Notes under the pieces: generated by a model
Databases searched by the model: none
The model's input: the letters and a program-made list of their open reading frames with translations, nothing else
Told to the model about the DNA's origin: nothing
Translations under genes and position numbers: made by a program
Assembly: GCA_007134875.1 (NCBI GenBank)
Contig: SLJY01000109.1
Location: 6,555 to 70,554 of the forward strand
Direction of reading: 5' to 3'
Length of the DNA stretch: 64,000 nucleotides
Source of the DNA: Desulfobacterales bacterium
Lineage (GTDB): Bacteria > Desulfobacterota > Desulfobacteria > Desulfobacterales > Desulfosalsimonadaceae
Shown here: positions 35,987 to 44,144 of the stretch, in pieces
Layout of the letters: the number at the start of each line of letters is the position of its first letter
Position numbering within the stretch: the first letter of the stretch is position 1

Positions 35987-36682
35987 ATGAAAACACGTAT
36001 ATTGTCCTGTATGTGCATGGTGCTGCTGGCATCCGCTTTCTTCGGGTGCGCCGGGAAAAACGCGAGGACCGAACTGGTTCATGTGCCGGCTCCGGTCGAA
36101 GAGCAGGCACCCGCGGAAGAACGATCCCCCGGATCGCTTTATGCAAACGCATCCGGCTCCCTGTTCGCGCCCAACAAGGCTACACGGGTGGGGGATATCC
36201 TAACCGTGGTAATCTACGAACAGGCCAGCGCAGCCAAAGAGGCCCAGACGTCCACCGGCCGCTCTTCGAATGCGTCGCTGGGAATTCCCAAACTCTTCGG
36301 CGTCGAAACGAGTCTGGCGGACAGGAATCCCAACCTCGATCCGTCGAGCCTGCTCAGCGCCAACAGCGACAAGGGTTTTGACGGTTCCGGCCGGACGTCG
36401 CGGCAGGAAAATCTTTCTGCGACACTGACCACCCGCGTCGTTGAAGTCTACCCGAACGGCAATATGAAAATCGAAGGCAGCAAAACCGTGCGGGTCAACG
36501 CCGAAGACCAGATCATTAAGCTTTCGGGCCTTGTTCGTCAGGCGGACATCACGGCCCACAACATTATCGATTCCAAGTTCATCCTCGACGCAAAGATCGA
36601 GTATTCCGGCAAGGGGATCGTATCGCGCCAGCAGCAACCGGGATGGCTTGCCAGGGCGCTGGACGTTTTGTGGCCCTTTTAG
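35987..36682 (+). CDS. flgH: flagellar L-ring lipoprotein FlgH
   Basis: 231 aa with lipobox LLASAFFGC, GDILTVVIYEQASA and NGNMKIEGSKTVRVN. Confidence 0.92.
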   Translation: MKTRILSCMCMVLLASAFFGCAGKNARTELVHVPAPVEEQAPAEERSPGSLYANASGSLFAPNKATRVGDILTVVIYEQASAAKEAQTSTGRSSNASLGIPKLFGVETSLADRNPNLDPSSLLSANSDKGFDGSGRTSRQENLSATLTTRVVEVYPNGNMKIEGSKTVRVNAEDQIIKLSGLVRQADITAHNIIDSKFILDAKIEYSGKGIVSRQQQPGWLARALDVLWPF

Positions 36683-36719
36683 TATTTCTTAGCCGGTGAA
36701 GCAGAAGCGGAGGATTCAA

Positions 36720-37907
36720 ATGACTATGACAACAAACCAGAAGCAAACGCGGTGTCCGGCCTTTGCAATCCCATTTTTCAATAACAGGGGAGAGGTGATC
36801 AACGGCCGTATTTTTTCTTGTCTGCTGGCTTTTTTTCTTGCATTTTTTTTGCAGGCCCCCGATGCCTCGGGTGCCCGCATCAAGGACCTGACCGAAATGC
36901 AGGGCGTGCGCAACAACCAGTTGGTCGGCTACGGCCTGGTGGTCGGCCTCAACGATACGGGTGACAGCTCTAATAACGGGATCACCATGCTCACGGTGGC
37001 CAACATGATGGAGCACATGGGCATGACCATCGACCGGGACGCCGTGGATGTGGATAACGTGGCTGCCGTTATGATTACGGCCGATCTGCCGCCCTTCGCG
37101 CGCACCGGTACCAAAATCGACGTGGTGGTTTCCTCCATCGGGGATGCGGACAGCCTTTTCGGCGGCGTGCTGCTGCAGACGCCCCTGGTCGGGCCGGATA
37201 ACCAGGTCTATGCGGTTGCCCAGGGGCCACTGGTTGTCGGCGGGATGGGCGCGGGCGGTGCCGCCGCGCGCGTGGAAAAAAACCATCCCACCGTGGGCCG
37301 GGTTCCCAACGGCGCCCTGGTGGAGCGGGAGGTAGGTTTTTCCCTTCCCGCAGACGGCAAATACGAATTTCACTTGCGGGATGCGGATTTCACGACGCTT
37401 TCGCGCATGGTCGACACCGTGAACAACACGTTCGGCAGCGGCGTGGCCCGGGCCGTAGACAGCGCCACCATGGAGGTCCGTCTTCCGAAGGATTTCACAA
37501 ACAACCCCGTACGCTTCCTCTCGGGAATCGAAAACCTTGAGGTCAACCCGGACTCCAGGGCCCGGATCGTTGTCAATGAGCGGACCGGAACCATCGTCAT
37601 GGGGTCGAGCGTCCGGCTCTCCACGGTGGCCGTGGCTCACGGCAACATCCGCTTAACGGTGAAGGAGTCCGCGCTGGTGTCCCAACCGCATCCCTTCTCG
37701 CGGCTGGGCGAAACGGTTGTGATCCCGGATACGGAGCTGGAATTCGAGGAGGAAGACGCCAGCTTCGTCGTCATGGAAGAAGGCGTCAACGTGGGCGACG
37801 TGGCCGCGGCTTTGAACGCCATCGGGGTGTCACCGCGCGATGTCATTACCATATTCGAGGCGATCAAGGCCGCCGGCGCCATGCGCGCCGAGCTGGTCAT
37901 CATGTAG
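36720..37907 (+). CDS. flgI: flagellar P-ring protein FlgI
   Basis: ORF 36696..37907 (GTG). ATG 36720 is preferred because of the GGAGGA SD. The mature N-terminus is ARIKDLTEMQGVRNNQLVGYGLVVGLNDTGD. The start is uncertain. Confidence 0.9.
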   Translation: MTMTTNQKQTRCPAFAIPFFNNRGEVINGRIFSCLLAFFLAFFLQAPDASGARIKDLTEMQGVRNNQLVGYGLVVGLNDTGDSSNNGITMLTVANMMEHMGMTIDRDAVDVDNVAAVMITADLPPFARTGTKIDVVVSSIGDADSLFGGVLLQTPLVGPDNQVYAVAQGPLVVGGMGAGGAAARVEKNHPTVGRVPNGALVEREVGFSLPADGKYEFHLRDADFTTLSRMVDTVNNTFGSGVARAVDSATMEVRLPKDFTNNPVRFLSGIENLEVNPDSRARIVVNERTGTIVMGSSVRLSTVAVAHGNIRLTVKESALVSQPHPFSRLGETVVIPDTELEFEEEDASFVVMEEGVNVGDVAAALNAIGVSPRDVITIFEAIKAAGAMRAELVIM

Positions 37908-37951
37908 AATAAGCAGCCTGATTGCAAGAGAAAGAGGGGAGAGCTATTAAA

Positions 37952-38260
37952 ATGAAAATTGCAGTTGATCCGCAAATGACCATGCCGAAACTGAACCGAG
38001 CGTCGGGTGAAAACGCAGCGCCGGGCGATGACGGGGCGGGGCTGCGGCAATTGTGTCAGGATTTCGAGGCCCTGTTTGTTCACAGCCTTTTTCAGCAGAT
38101 GCGCAAAACGATCCCGGAAGACGGTTTTTTTGACCGGGACATGAGCATGGATTTCTTTGAAGAGATCATGGATATGGAAGTCGCCCGCGAGATGGCCCGA
38201 AAAGGCGGATTCGGACTGGGAGAGCATCTCTACCAGAGTTTCCGGAAAAACCACCCGTGA
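37952..38260 (+). CDS. flgJ: rod-binding protein (FlgJ N-terminal-domain-only type, no muramidase domain)
   Basis: ORF 37922..38260 (TTG). ATG 37952 is preferred (AGAGGGGA SD). 102 aa with LFVHSLFQQMRKT...MDMEVAREMARKGGFGLGEHLY. Confidence 0.8.
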   Translation: MKIAVDPQMTMPKLNRASGENAAPGDDGAGLRQLCQDFEALFVHSLFQQMRKTIPEDGFFDRDMSMDFFEEIMDMEVAREMARKGGFGLGEHLYQSFRKNHP

Positions 38261-38356
38261 CGGCTTCATTAAAACGTCAGCATCCGCATTGCTCGAAATT
38301 TCCCGGTATAGGATGTGCTGACGAAGGAAACGCATCGTATATCCTTGACCCAAAAT

Positions 38357-38377
38357 ATTGGTTTTTGTTCAGCCGCT
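38357..38377 (+). promoter_or_regulatory. variant copy (f) of the conserved leader cassette core
   Basis: ATTGGTTTTTGTTCAGCCGCT followed by ACGCTAAATA. Not directly followed by a start codon. Confidence 0.3.
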
Positions 38378-38399
38378 ACGCTAAATACCCGTGTCAGCA

Positions 38400-38426
38400 T
38401 AAAGAAATAAAAAATTCTTCCGATAC
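38400..38426 (+). promoter_or_regulatory. sigma-28 (FliA) promoter for flgMN-flgKL
   Basis: TAAA-N15-TCCGATAC versus TAAA-N15-GCCGATAA, 111 nt upstream of the flgM ATG. Confidence 0.55.
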
Positions 38427-38537
38427 GTATAGTGAGGCGGCAAGAAAGGACAAAAACCGGTTCGCCGACAATGAAACACCGAAGCAACGCACCGGGCAAC
38501 ACAGTCAACACAACGGGCAACACAAAGGATGGGTTCC

Positions 38538-38819
38538 ATGAAAATCTATACGGACCAGGCAATCCGGCAATTCCAGAGTCTCCAGAAAAGCGGACCCGCG
38601 AACGCCGCAGGCCAGGCCGCCGGAACCGGCAAAGCGGACAGGGTGGACTTTTCAAAAGAGCTTCAGAAGCTCCAGAACGTCAAAGAGGGCTCTTTCGTGG
38701 ACACAGAACGGCAGGCCAGGCTGGAAGAGGTGAAAGCACAGATCGCGGAGGGGTCTTACCGGCCCGAGGCCATCAAGGTGGCCGAAAGCCTGCTCCGATA
38801 TATCGTGGAAGGCAAGTGA
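38538..38819 (+). CDS. flgM: anti-sigma-28 factor FlgM
   Basis: ORF 38529..38819. ATG 38538 is preferred for its spacing from the AAGGA SD. C-terminal EEVKAQIAEGSYRPEAIKVAESLLRYI. Confidence 0.85.
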   Translation: MKIYTDQAIRQFQSLQKSGPANAAGQAAGTGKADRVDFSKELQKLQNVKEGSFVDTERQARLEEVKAQIAEGSYRPEAIKVAESLLRYIVEGK

Positions 38820-38820
38820 C

Positions 38821-39219
38821 ATGGACGACATGGCCACGGATACGAACATGGGTGTGAAAGAGACCAGCCTGAGCGATTTGCTGGAAAAGCTAAGCGTTGT
38901 GATAATGGCTGAGCGTGCGGCGGCCCGCAGCCTTCATGTCGACGAGATGATCGAGCTCACCGGTCAAAAGGAGCAGCTTCTGGAGATGATTCTTCCCCTG
39001 GTGGGGCCGGCTGCCGATCTGAGCCCGCGGGAAGCGGAACTGGCCCGTTCCCTTTACTCGGAAAATCTTCGCAACGCCTGGTTTTTCTGGTCCGCCCTGA
39101 AATGGACCCGCGAGTCGCTGGATTTCATGGGGCGCGCGGTCTGGCCCGCCTCCTATGCCGATGACGGCTCAATATCGAAAAACCGGCATTCGGGTGCCAT
39201 TATATCGGGAAAGATTTGA
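38821..39219 (+). CDS. flgN: FlgN-like export chaperone
   Basis: 132 aa helical protein between flgM and flgK; the call is mostly positional. Confidence 0.55.
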   Translation: MDDMATDTNMGVKETSLSDLLEKLSVVIMAERAAARSLHVDEMIELTGQKEQLLEMILPLVGPAADLSPREAELARSLYSENLRNAWFFWSALKWTRESLDFMGRAVWPASYADDGSISKNRHSGAIISGKI

Positions 39220-39220
39220 C

Positions 39221-40600
39221 ATGACACTGATCAGCGCCATGAACCCGGGACGAACGGGCCTGCTTGCCAGCCAGAAAATGGTGGAAATCACGGGCAACAA
39301 TATTTCCAATGTCAACACCCCGGGATATTCGCGCCAGACCGCCACCATGTCGCCCAACGCCGCCATTAACCAGCGGGGGCTCTATGTGGGCCAGGGCGTC
39401 GAGGTCAAGGAGGTCCGGAGGGAATACGACCGCTTCATATCCGGTCAGTTGATGGACCAGAACAACATCCTGGGCAGGGAAGACGCCAAAAGCGGCCCCC
39501 TGACCGAGTTGGAGCGGGTGTTCGGAATCGGATCGGACGCACTGGGGTCGGATATTGAAAGTTTCTTCGGCGCATGGCACGATCTTGCGGAAAACCCGAG
39601 CGGATCGGTGGAGCGGGATAAAGTGATCTATGAGGGTGAAAACCTGGTCGAATCTTTTGCGCACAAAGATTCCGAACTTGTCCGGATCACCCAGAACATC
39701 AATCACACCCTGGAAGCCGAGGTGGACGGCATCAACCAGCGACTTCAGGAAATCGCCCGGCTCAACGCCGATATCAAGGCGAAGGAAGCCGGCGGCTACG
39801 TGGCCCACGTTGATCATGACCGGCGCGATCTTTTGGTCAAGGAACTCTCCGGCATCCTGGGTGTACACGATTACGAATCGGGCGGCGGTCAGGTGGGATT
39901 GCAGCTTCCGGGCGGGCTTCCCCTGGTCCAGGGTGCCAACGCCGTACAGTTCGAGTCCTATTATGAGGGCGATGACCTGAGATTTCAGGTTCGCAGCAAC
40001 GATGTGACCCTGAATACCACTGCGGCAAATTTCGGCGGTCAGTTCGGCGGCCTGCTCGACCTGCGGGACAATTTCATCCCTGAGATGAGGGAGGATACCA
40101 CCGCCTTGCGCGACAAGATCATCACCGAGGTCAATGCCCTGCACGAGGCGGGATACGGCCTGGACGGCGAAACCGGCCGTTCTTTTTTCGAGGTTGACGA
40201 GGAAACCGGCACCGCCTACGTTGAAATTACCTCCACCCGTCAAGTGGCCGCCGGATTACACAGCGGCGCACCCGGCGACAACGAGAACGCGCTGGCCATC
40301 AGCGGCCTGATAAACGAGCGCATCGAGGGCGACGGCGGTACCCGAGACGAGACGTTCCTGGAGCACTACAGCCGGATCGCCTCCGCGGTCGGAACCGAAG
40401 CGCGCAGGAACATCATGGCCCGCGACGGCGCGAAAGATACCATGGACCAGCTCGAAAATCTGCGCGAATCGATTGTCGGGGTTTCCATCGAAGAGGAAAT
40501 GATCAACCTGATAATGTTCCAGAAGAGCTTCGAGGCGGCATCGCGCTACATCGGGACCATTGACGAGATGCTTGGCACCATCATCGGCATGAAGAGGTAG
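39221..40600 (+). CDS. flgK: hook-associated protein 1 FlgK
   Basis: ORF 39155..40600, with the start moved to ATG 39221 (MTLISAMNPGRTGLLASQKMVEITGNNISNVNTPGYSRQ). C-terminal VSIEEEMINLIMFQKSFEAASRYIGTIDEML. Confidence 0.9.
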   Translation: MTLISAMNPGRTGLLASQKMVEITGNNISNVNTPGYSRQTATMSPNAAINQRGLYVGQGVEVKEVRREYDRFISGQLMDQNNILGREDAKSGPLTELERVFGIGSDALGSDIESFFGAWHDLAENPSGSVERDKVIYEGENLVESFAHKDSELVRITQNINHTLEAEVDGINQRLQEIARLNADIKAKEAGGYVAHVDHDRRDLLVKELSGILGVHDYESGGGQVGLQLPGGLPLVQGANAVQFESYYEGDDLRFQVRSNDVTLNTTAANFGGQFGGLLDLRDNFIPEMREDTTALRDKIITEVNALHEAGYGLDGETGRSFFEVDEETGTAYVEITSTRQVAAGLHSGAPGDNENALAISGLINERIEGDGGTRDETFLEHYSRIASAVGTEARRNIMARDGAKDTMDQLENLRESIVGVSIEEEMINLIMFQKSFEAASRYIGTIDEMLGTIIGMKR

Positions 40601-40608
40601 ATATCGTC

Positions 40609-41550
40609 ATGAAAGCCACCATGGGAATGAATTACCGCCTGTTGTCCTCCAACCTGGAGACCATGTCCAATAAACTTTTCGAACTGCGGCAGCAGGCGGC
40701 CACCGGCAAGAAGCTCAACCGTCCATCGGACGATCCAAGCGCCATCCGGCCGGTGCTCAATTACCGCATGCAAAGCGCATCCGCGGATCGCTATCTCAAG
40801 CACCTTGGCTCTGCCGCCGGCGAAATGAAAATGCTGGACGGCCAGCTGGGCAACGTGGAAAACATCATGGTTTCGGCCAAGGAAACGACCAGCGCGGCCA
40901 TGAACGGCGCGGCCAGCCAAGCCGATCTGCAGACTTACGCGGACCGGATCTCCCAGCTCTATGACGAGCTCCTCTATGCAGCCAACACCCAGACCAACGG
41001 AAAGTACATGTTTTCAGGGTACGCGGAGTTCACCCGGCCTTTCGAAGAGAATCCGGACTACGATCCGGAGGCCTATGACGAAGCGATTCCCGCTACCTGG
41101 CCGGTTCATTACGAGGGCGGGGAAAATATCAAAACCGTGGAAATCGAGCCGGGCAAGCACATCGACAAACAGGTCTCCGGCGAAGCCCTTTTTCTGGGCG
41201 ATACCGAAGACGGGTTGGGCATTGATCTTTTCAGGGTTTTGCGGGATGCGGAGCATGCCGTCCGGAACGGGGATGTCGACGGCATGAGCAAGGGGCTCGA
41301 AGAGTTGGAAACCGGCGCCGAACAGGTACGGCGGACCCGGGGCCGCATGGGCAACAATGCCTGGCGCATCGACCGGGCGGAGTTGTATCTTACCGATGCC
41401 TCCATCGAGTTCAAAAGCATGATTTCCAGTTACGAAGACGCGGACCTGATCAAGGTATTTTCGGAACTGGTGAAGCAGGAGACAGCTTTCGAGGCGGCAT
41501 TGAACGTAACCACGAGGGTGTCGAGATTGTCCATCCTTGATCACATGTAA
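40609..41550 (+). CDS. flgL: hook-associated protein 3 FlgL
   Basis: 313 aa, flagellin-like N-terminus and C-terminus (FSELVKQETAFEAALNVTTRVSRLSILD); follows flgK. Confidence 0.85.
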   Translation: MKATMGMNYRLLSSNLETMSNKLFELRQQAATGKKLNRPSDDPSAIRPVLNYRMQSASADRYLKHLGSAAGEMKMLDGQLGNVENIMVSAKETTSAAMNGAASQADLQTYADRISQLYDELLYAANTQTNGKYMFSGYAEFTRPFEENPDYDPEAYDEAIPATWPVHYEGGENIKTVEIEPGKHIDKQVSGEALFLGDTEDGLGIDLFRVLRDAEHAVRNGDVDGMSKGLEELETGAEQVRRTRGRMGNNAWRIDRAELYLTDASIEFKSMISSYEDADLIKVFSELVKQETAFEAALNVTTRVSRLSILDHM

Positions 41551-41582
41551 TCTCAGATAAAGGCTGGCGCCAGGGAGGGCGG

Positions 41583-41825
41583 ATGCTGGTACTGACGCGC
41601 AAAGTCGGAGAGGGTATCGTAATCGGAGAGGATATCGTCGTCCGGGTGATGGAATGCAAGGACGGGCGGATTCGCATCGGAATAGAGGCCCCGCGTGACA
41701 AGAAGATTTACCGCGAGGAAATCTACGAGCGGATATGCCTGGAAAACAGGGAGGCAAGCCAGTGGGATTTGCAGAAGTTGGATGCATTGAATGCCATTCT
41801 TCCCAACAAGGGGAGTCGGGAATGA
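41583..41825 (+). CDS. csrA: carbon storage regulator CsrA
   Basis: 80 aa: MLVLTRKVGEGIVIGEDIVVRVMECKDGRIRIGIEAPRDKKIYREEIYERI. Confidence 0.93.
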   Translation: MLVLTRKVGEGIVIGEDIVVRVMECKDGRIRIGIEAPRDKKIYREEIYERICLENREASQWDLQKLDALNAILPNKGSRE

Positions 41826-42247
41826 AAACACTGCATACCGGTTTTGGTGAGATTACATACGATCCGGACAAGGTGATCCTTTTTCCGGAAGGATTGATCG
41901 GTTTCGAGCACCTTCGGAAGTTCATCGTCATGCCGGTGAAAAAGGACGATGTCCTGTTTTGCATCCAGAGCGTGGAAGAAGCGCATGTGGCGTTTCTGCT
42001 GATCAATCCGTGCCTTTTCTTTCCGGATTACCGGGTGCGCCCGGAATACAATGACCTGATGAAGCTTGGCATTGCCGAAGACGATTCGTATTTTATCATG
42101 ACCACCATCACGTTCCACAAGGATAAAACCGCGAGTTTGAACTTGCTAGCGCCGGTGATCTACACGCCTAAGACCGACCGGGCCGTCCAGGTCGTGCTTG
42201 AGGGAAGCGGTTACAGTACCCGGACCCTTCTTCCTAAAAAGCAATGA
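41822..42247 (+). CDS. fliW: flagellar assembly factor FliW (CsrA antagonist)
   Basis: ORF 41735..42247, with the start moved to ATG 41822 (ATGA overlap with the csrA stop). MKTLHTGFGEITYDPDKVILFPEGLIGFEHLRKFIVMP. Confidence 0.88.
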   Translation: MKTLHTGFGEITYDPDKVILFPEGLIGFEHLRKFIVMPVKKDDVLFCIQSVEEAHVAFLLINPCLFFPDYRVRPEYNDLMKLGIAEDDSYFIMTTITFHKDKTASLNLLAPVIYTPKTDRAVQVVLEGSGYSTRTLLPKKQ

Positions 42248-42344
42248 TGTCGGATAGGTAAAAAGTATCAAACAGCACGTTTTATGTTCCTGCGCCGTCA
42301 GATCGAGTTTTTTACGAGCCTATCAATAATTTGGGTTTGATTCT

Positions 42345-43514
42345 TTACCAGGACGGTTCGATGGCTTGCCGCAAAAGTTTCCCCGCGGCGGCGGTGGCAC
42401 CGAAAAGAACGTGCAGGTCCCGGTACACCTGTACCGGCGAGACAATATACATTGGCATGCGGATTTCTTCTTCCACGACTTCCACGGTTTTTTCGGCGGG
42501 GTTGCAGTATTGCAGGCGGGAAGAGGGCATGACCCGTCGTTTTCCATAAAACACGCCTTTGTCCTGCGCTTTCACCAGCACAATATTTCCTTTAGCGCAA
42601 TTCCCGTTGTCGGAACTTTTTTCAAAACCCTCGGCCTTTCCCGGCACTGCGGCATCGTCGGATACGTATGCGTGGATTTCCGGATAATCGGTGCCGGATG
42701 CAAGGTGGACGGCCGCGGAAAAGCCTGTAAATGCAAAATCGACGCCGCTTTTTTCGTAGAACCGCGCCAGCGCGTTTTCGGCACGAACCCGGTCCATGAA
42801 TGATGAAAGCCTGTGGACGGATTCCGCAGGGCCGTCCTCGCCGCTGCTTCCGCCAACCCACCGATCCAGCAGTTCTTTTGGCTGCGCAAGGGAGATCCCT
42901 CTTTTCCGGTTTTCGATGATCTCCATGTCTTTGAGGCGGCCTGCCACCGTGGATACCATCCCAAGGCTCACCCCGGCCTCTGCGGCCAGTTCACCGGTTT
43001 TCCATGTGCGGTGCGGATGACACAGCAAAACCCTCAGAATACGCATGGTTTTTGGGTGTGCAAACGATTTGAGTTGTCTTTTCCCCCTGAAGGGGTTGTT
43101 GCGTCCTGCCGTGTAAATATAAACCATGTCAAAAGACAGCCGGCAGTTGCCGGCAAGGTCCATGTATCCGGCGCCGTTTTCCCGGGCGATGGCGGCCGCT
43201 TTGTCGGATATGTAGGGCGCGGCGAACACGGGATACGCATGCGACCACATGGCAGATGATGCGGTCAGGGCGTTGATTGCCTCCCTGGCCAGTCGGGGCT
43301 CGCCGCTGGTCCTTGTTTCCACGAGCAAAACAAACGACCTTTCCTCCGTGAACACCTCGGCCGTGAAATCGGGCCCCATCCCCTTGCGCATTTCTTTCCG
43401 GATTTCCACACGGCGAACGAATCCGGCTTCCCGGAGCAATGACTCAAGCCGTGCCGCGGCCTCTTCCACTACCGATTTTTTATTGAAATTATGCGTTTTA
43501 TTCATTTTTTTCAT
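42345..43514 (-). CDS. hypothetical protein: nuclease-fold-like N-terminal domain + winged HTH + AbiEi-like C-terminal domain
   Basis: ORF 42345..43577, with likely starts at ATG 43514 or 43505. The wHTH is MRILRVLLCHPHRTWKTGELAAEAGVSLGMVSTVAGRLKDMEIIE and the C-terminal segment IVSPVQVYRDLHVLFG...AAGKLL resembles AbiEi antitoxins. No AbiEii-type partner is adjacent. Confidence 0.55.
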   Translation of the reverse strand: MKKMNKTHNFNKKSVVEEAAARLESLLREAGFVRRVEIRKEMRKGMGPDFTAEVFTEERSFVLLVETRTSGEPRLAREAINALTASSAMWSHAYPVFAAPYISDKAAAIARENGAGYMDLAGNCRLSFDMVYIYTAGRNNPFRGKRQLKSFAHPKTMRILRVLLCHPHRTWKTGELAAEAGVSLGMVSTVAGRLKDMEIIENRKRGISLAQPKELLDRWVGGSSGEDGPAESVHRLSSFMDRVRAENALARFYEKSGVDFAFTGFSAAVHLASGTDYPEIHAYVSDDAAVPGKAEGFEKSSDNGNCAKGNIVLVKAQDKGVFYGKRRVMPSSRLQYCNPAEKTVEVVEEEIRMPMYIVSPVQVYRDLHVLFGATAAAGKLLRQAIEPSW

Positions 43515-43560
43515 TATAAATATTATTTTCAACGTTTGTTGAAAATAATATTTATAATGA
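43511..43560. promoter_or_regulatory. perfect 23-bp-arm palindrome (candidate operator) spanning the start of the AbiEi-like gene
   Basis: TCATTATAAATATTATTTTCAAC-gttt-GTTGAAAATAATATTTATAATGA. A third half-site, ATTTTCAAC, lies at 43581-43589. It is AT-rich in a GC-rich context. Confidence 0.7.
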
Positions 43561-43658
43561 AATTTCGTAAAAATCAATCAATTTTCAACATAAAACCAAC
43601 GAAGGCGCATTTTTTAAATCAACCCTGTCATCCGCCTGTTTTGATGAGTAAAATTGAT

Positions 43659-43778
43659 GACTTCGTAAAAAGTCCAATATCTTCGTTACGCGCGATTTTT
43701 CAGGATGTCACGTACGCCAAGTACTCTGTATTCTTCGAAATTGCGCAAGCTTTGATCTTGGACTTTTTAACAGCACGG
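43659..43778. repeat. MITE-like repeat copy
   Basis: GACTTCGTAAAAAGTCCAATATCTTCGTTACGCGCG ... GCGCAAGCTTTGATCTTGGACTTTTTAACAGCACGG. Explains ORF 43491..43799. Confidence 0.85.
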
Positions 43779-43863
43779 CGTAACAAATCCCCCGGGTAAA
43801 TGACGTTTGTTATGCGCTTCCTCCGTCAGCACATCCTGTGTACCTGACGTAGAAATTGGCGGG

Positions 43864-43910
43864 AAGACGGTTTTCGTTCATACACTATGTAATATAGGAG
43901 GATTCGGATG
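43864..43910 (+). promoter_or_regulatory. conserved leader cassette, copy b
   Basis: AAGACGGTTTTCGTTCATACACT ... AGGAGG ... ATG 43908. The reading frame is hit by REP R4 after 16 nt. Confidence 0.5.
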
Positions 43911-43923
43911 CGCCTGATAAAAC

Positions 43924-43948
43924 AAGTTAATAAGTTAAGGACGTCCCC
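43924..43948 (-). repeat. REP copy R4 (solo)
   Basis: AAGTTAATAAGTTAAGGACGTCCCC, identical to R3 and 10.5 kb from the RAYT gene. Confidence 0.85.
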
Positions 43949-43951
43949 TGA

Positions 43952-43967
43952 TGTCAAAAGGATGACA
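43952..43967. promoter_or_regulatory. GTC-N8-GAC box (TGTCAAAAGGATGACA)
   Basis: Inverted TGTC/GACA half-sites 79 nt upstream of the sigma-54 promoter at 44046. Confidence 0.35.
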
Positions 43968-44045
43968 GGGGGTGGCGATGCGTGCGGGGTGGCGTTGTTT
44001 TGATGGTTGGCGGGTTTGGGCGTGTTCGGGGCGGAAGGGGAAGAC

Positions 44046-44061
44046 TGGAACGCGAATTGCA
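44046..44061 (+). promoter_or_regulatory. sigma-54 promoter
   Basis: TGGAAC-gcgaa-TTGCA (one mismatch), 83 nt upstream of ATG 44145. Confidence 0.55.
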
Positions 44062-44144
44062 TGGTAATGCGTGATGGCGGAGATGAAGCAGAGCTATCGA
44101 ATGGTGGAGCAGGTTGGGTAGTACGAAAAGAAAGAAGGGATGAT

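Noticed and set aside
38257-38541. 94-aa ORF covering the flgJ-flgM spacer.
   Set aside because: It spans a sigma-28 promoter and the flgM leader, and its composition is typical of non-coding AT-rich DNA.
43491-43799. 102-aa ORF (…DDFVKSPISSLRAIFQDVTYAKYSVFFEIAQALILDFL…).
   Set aside because: It is the translation of the palindromic operator plus a MITE copy. Equivalent pseudo-peptides arise wherever the repeat occurs.
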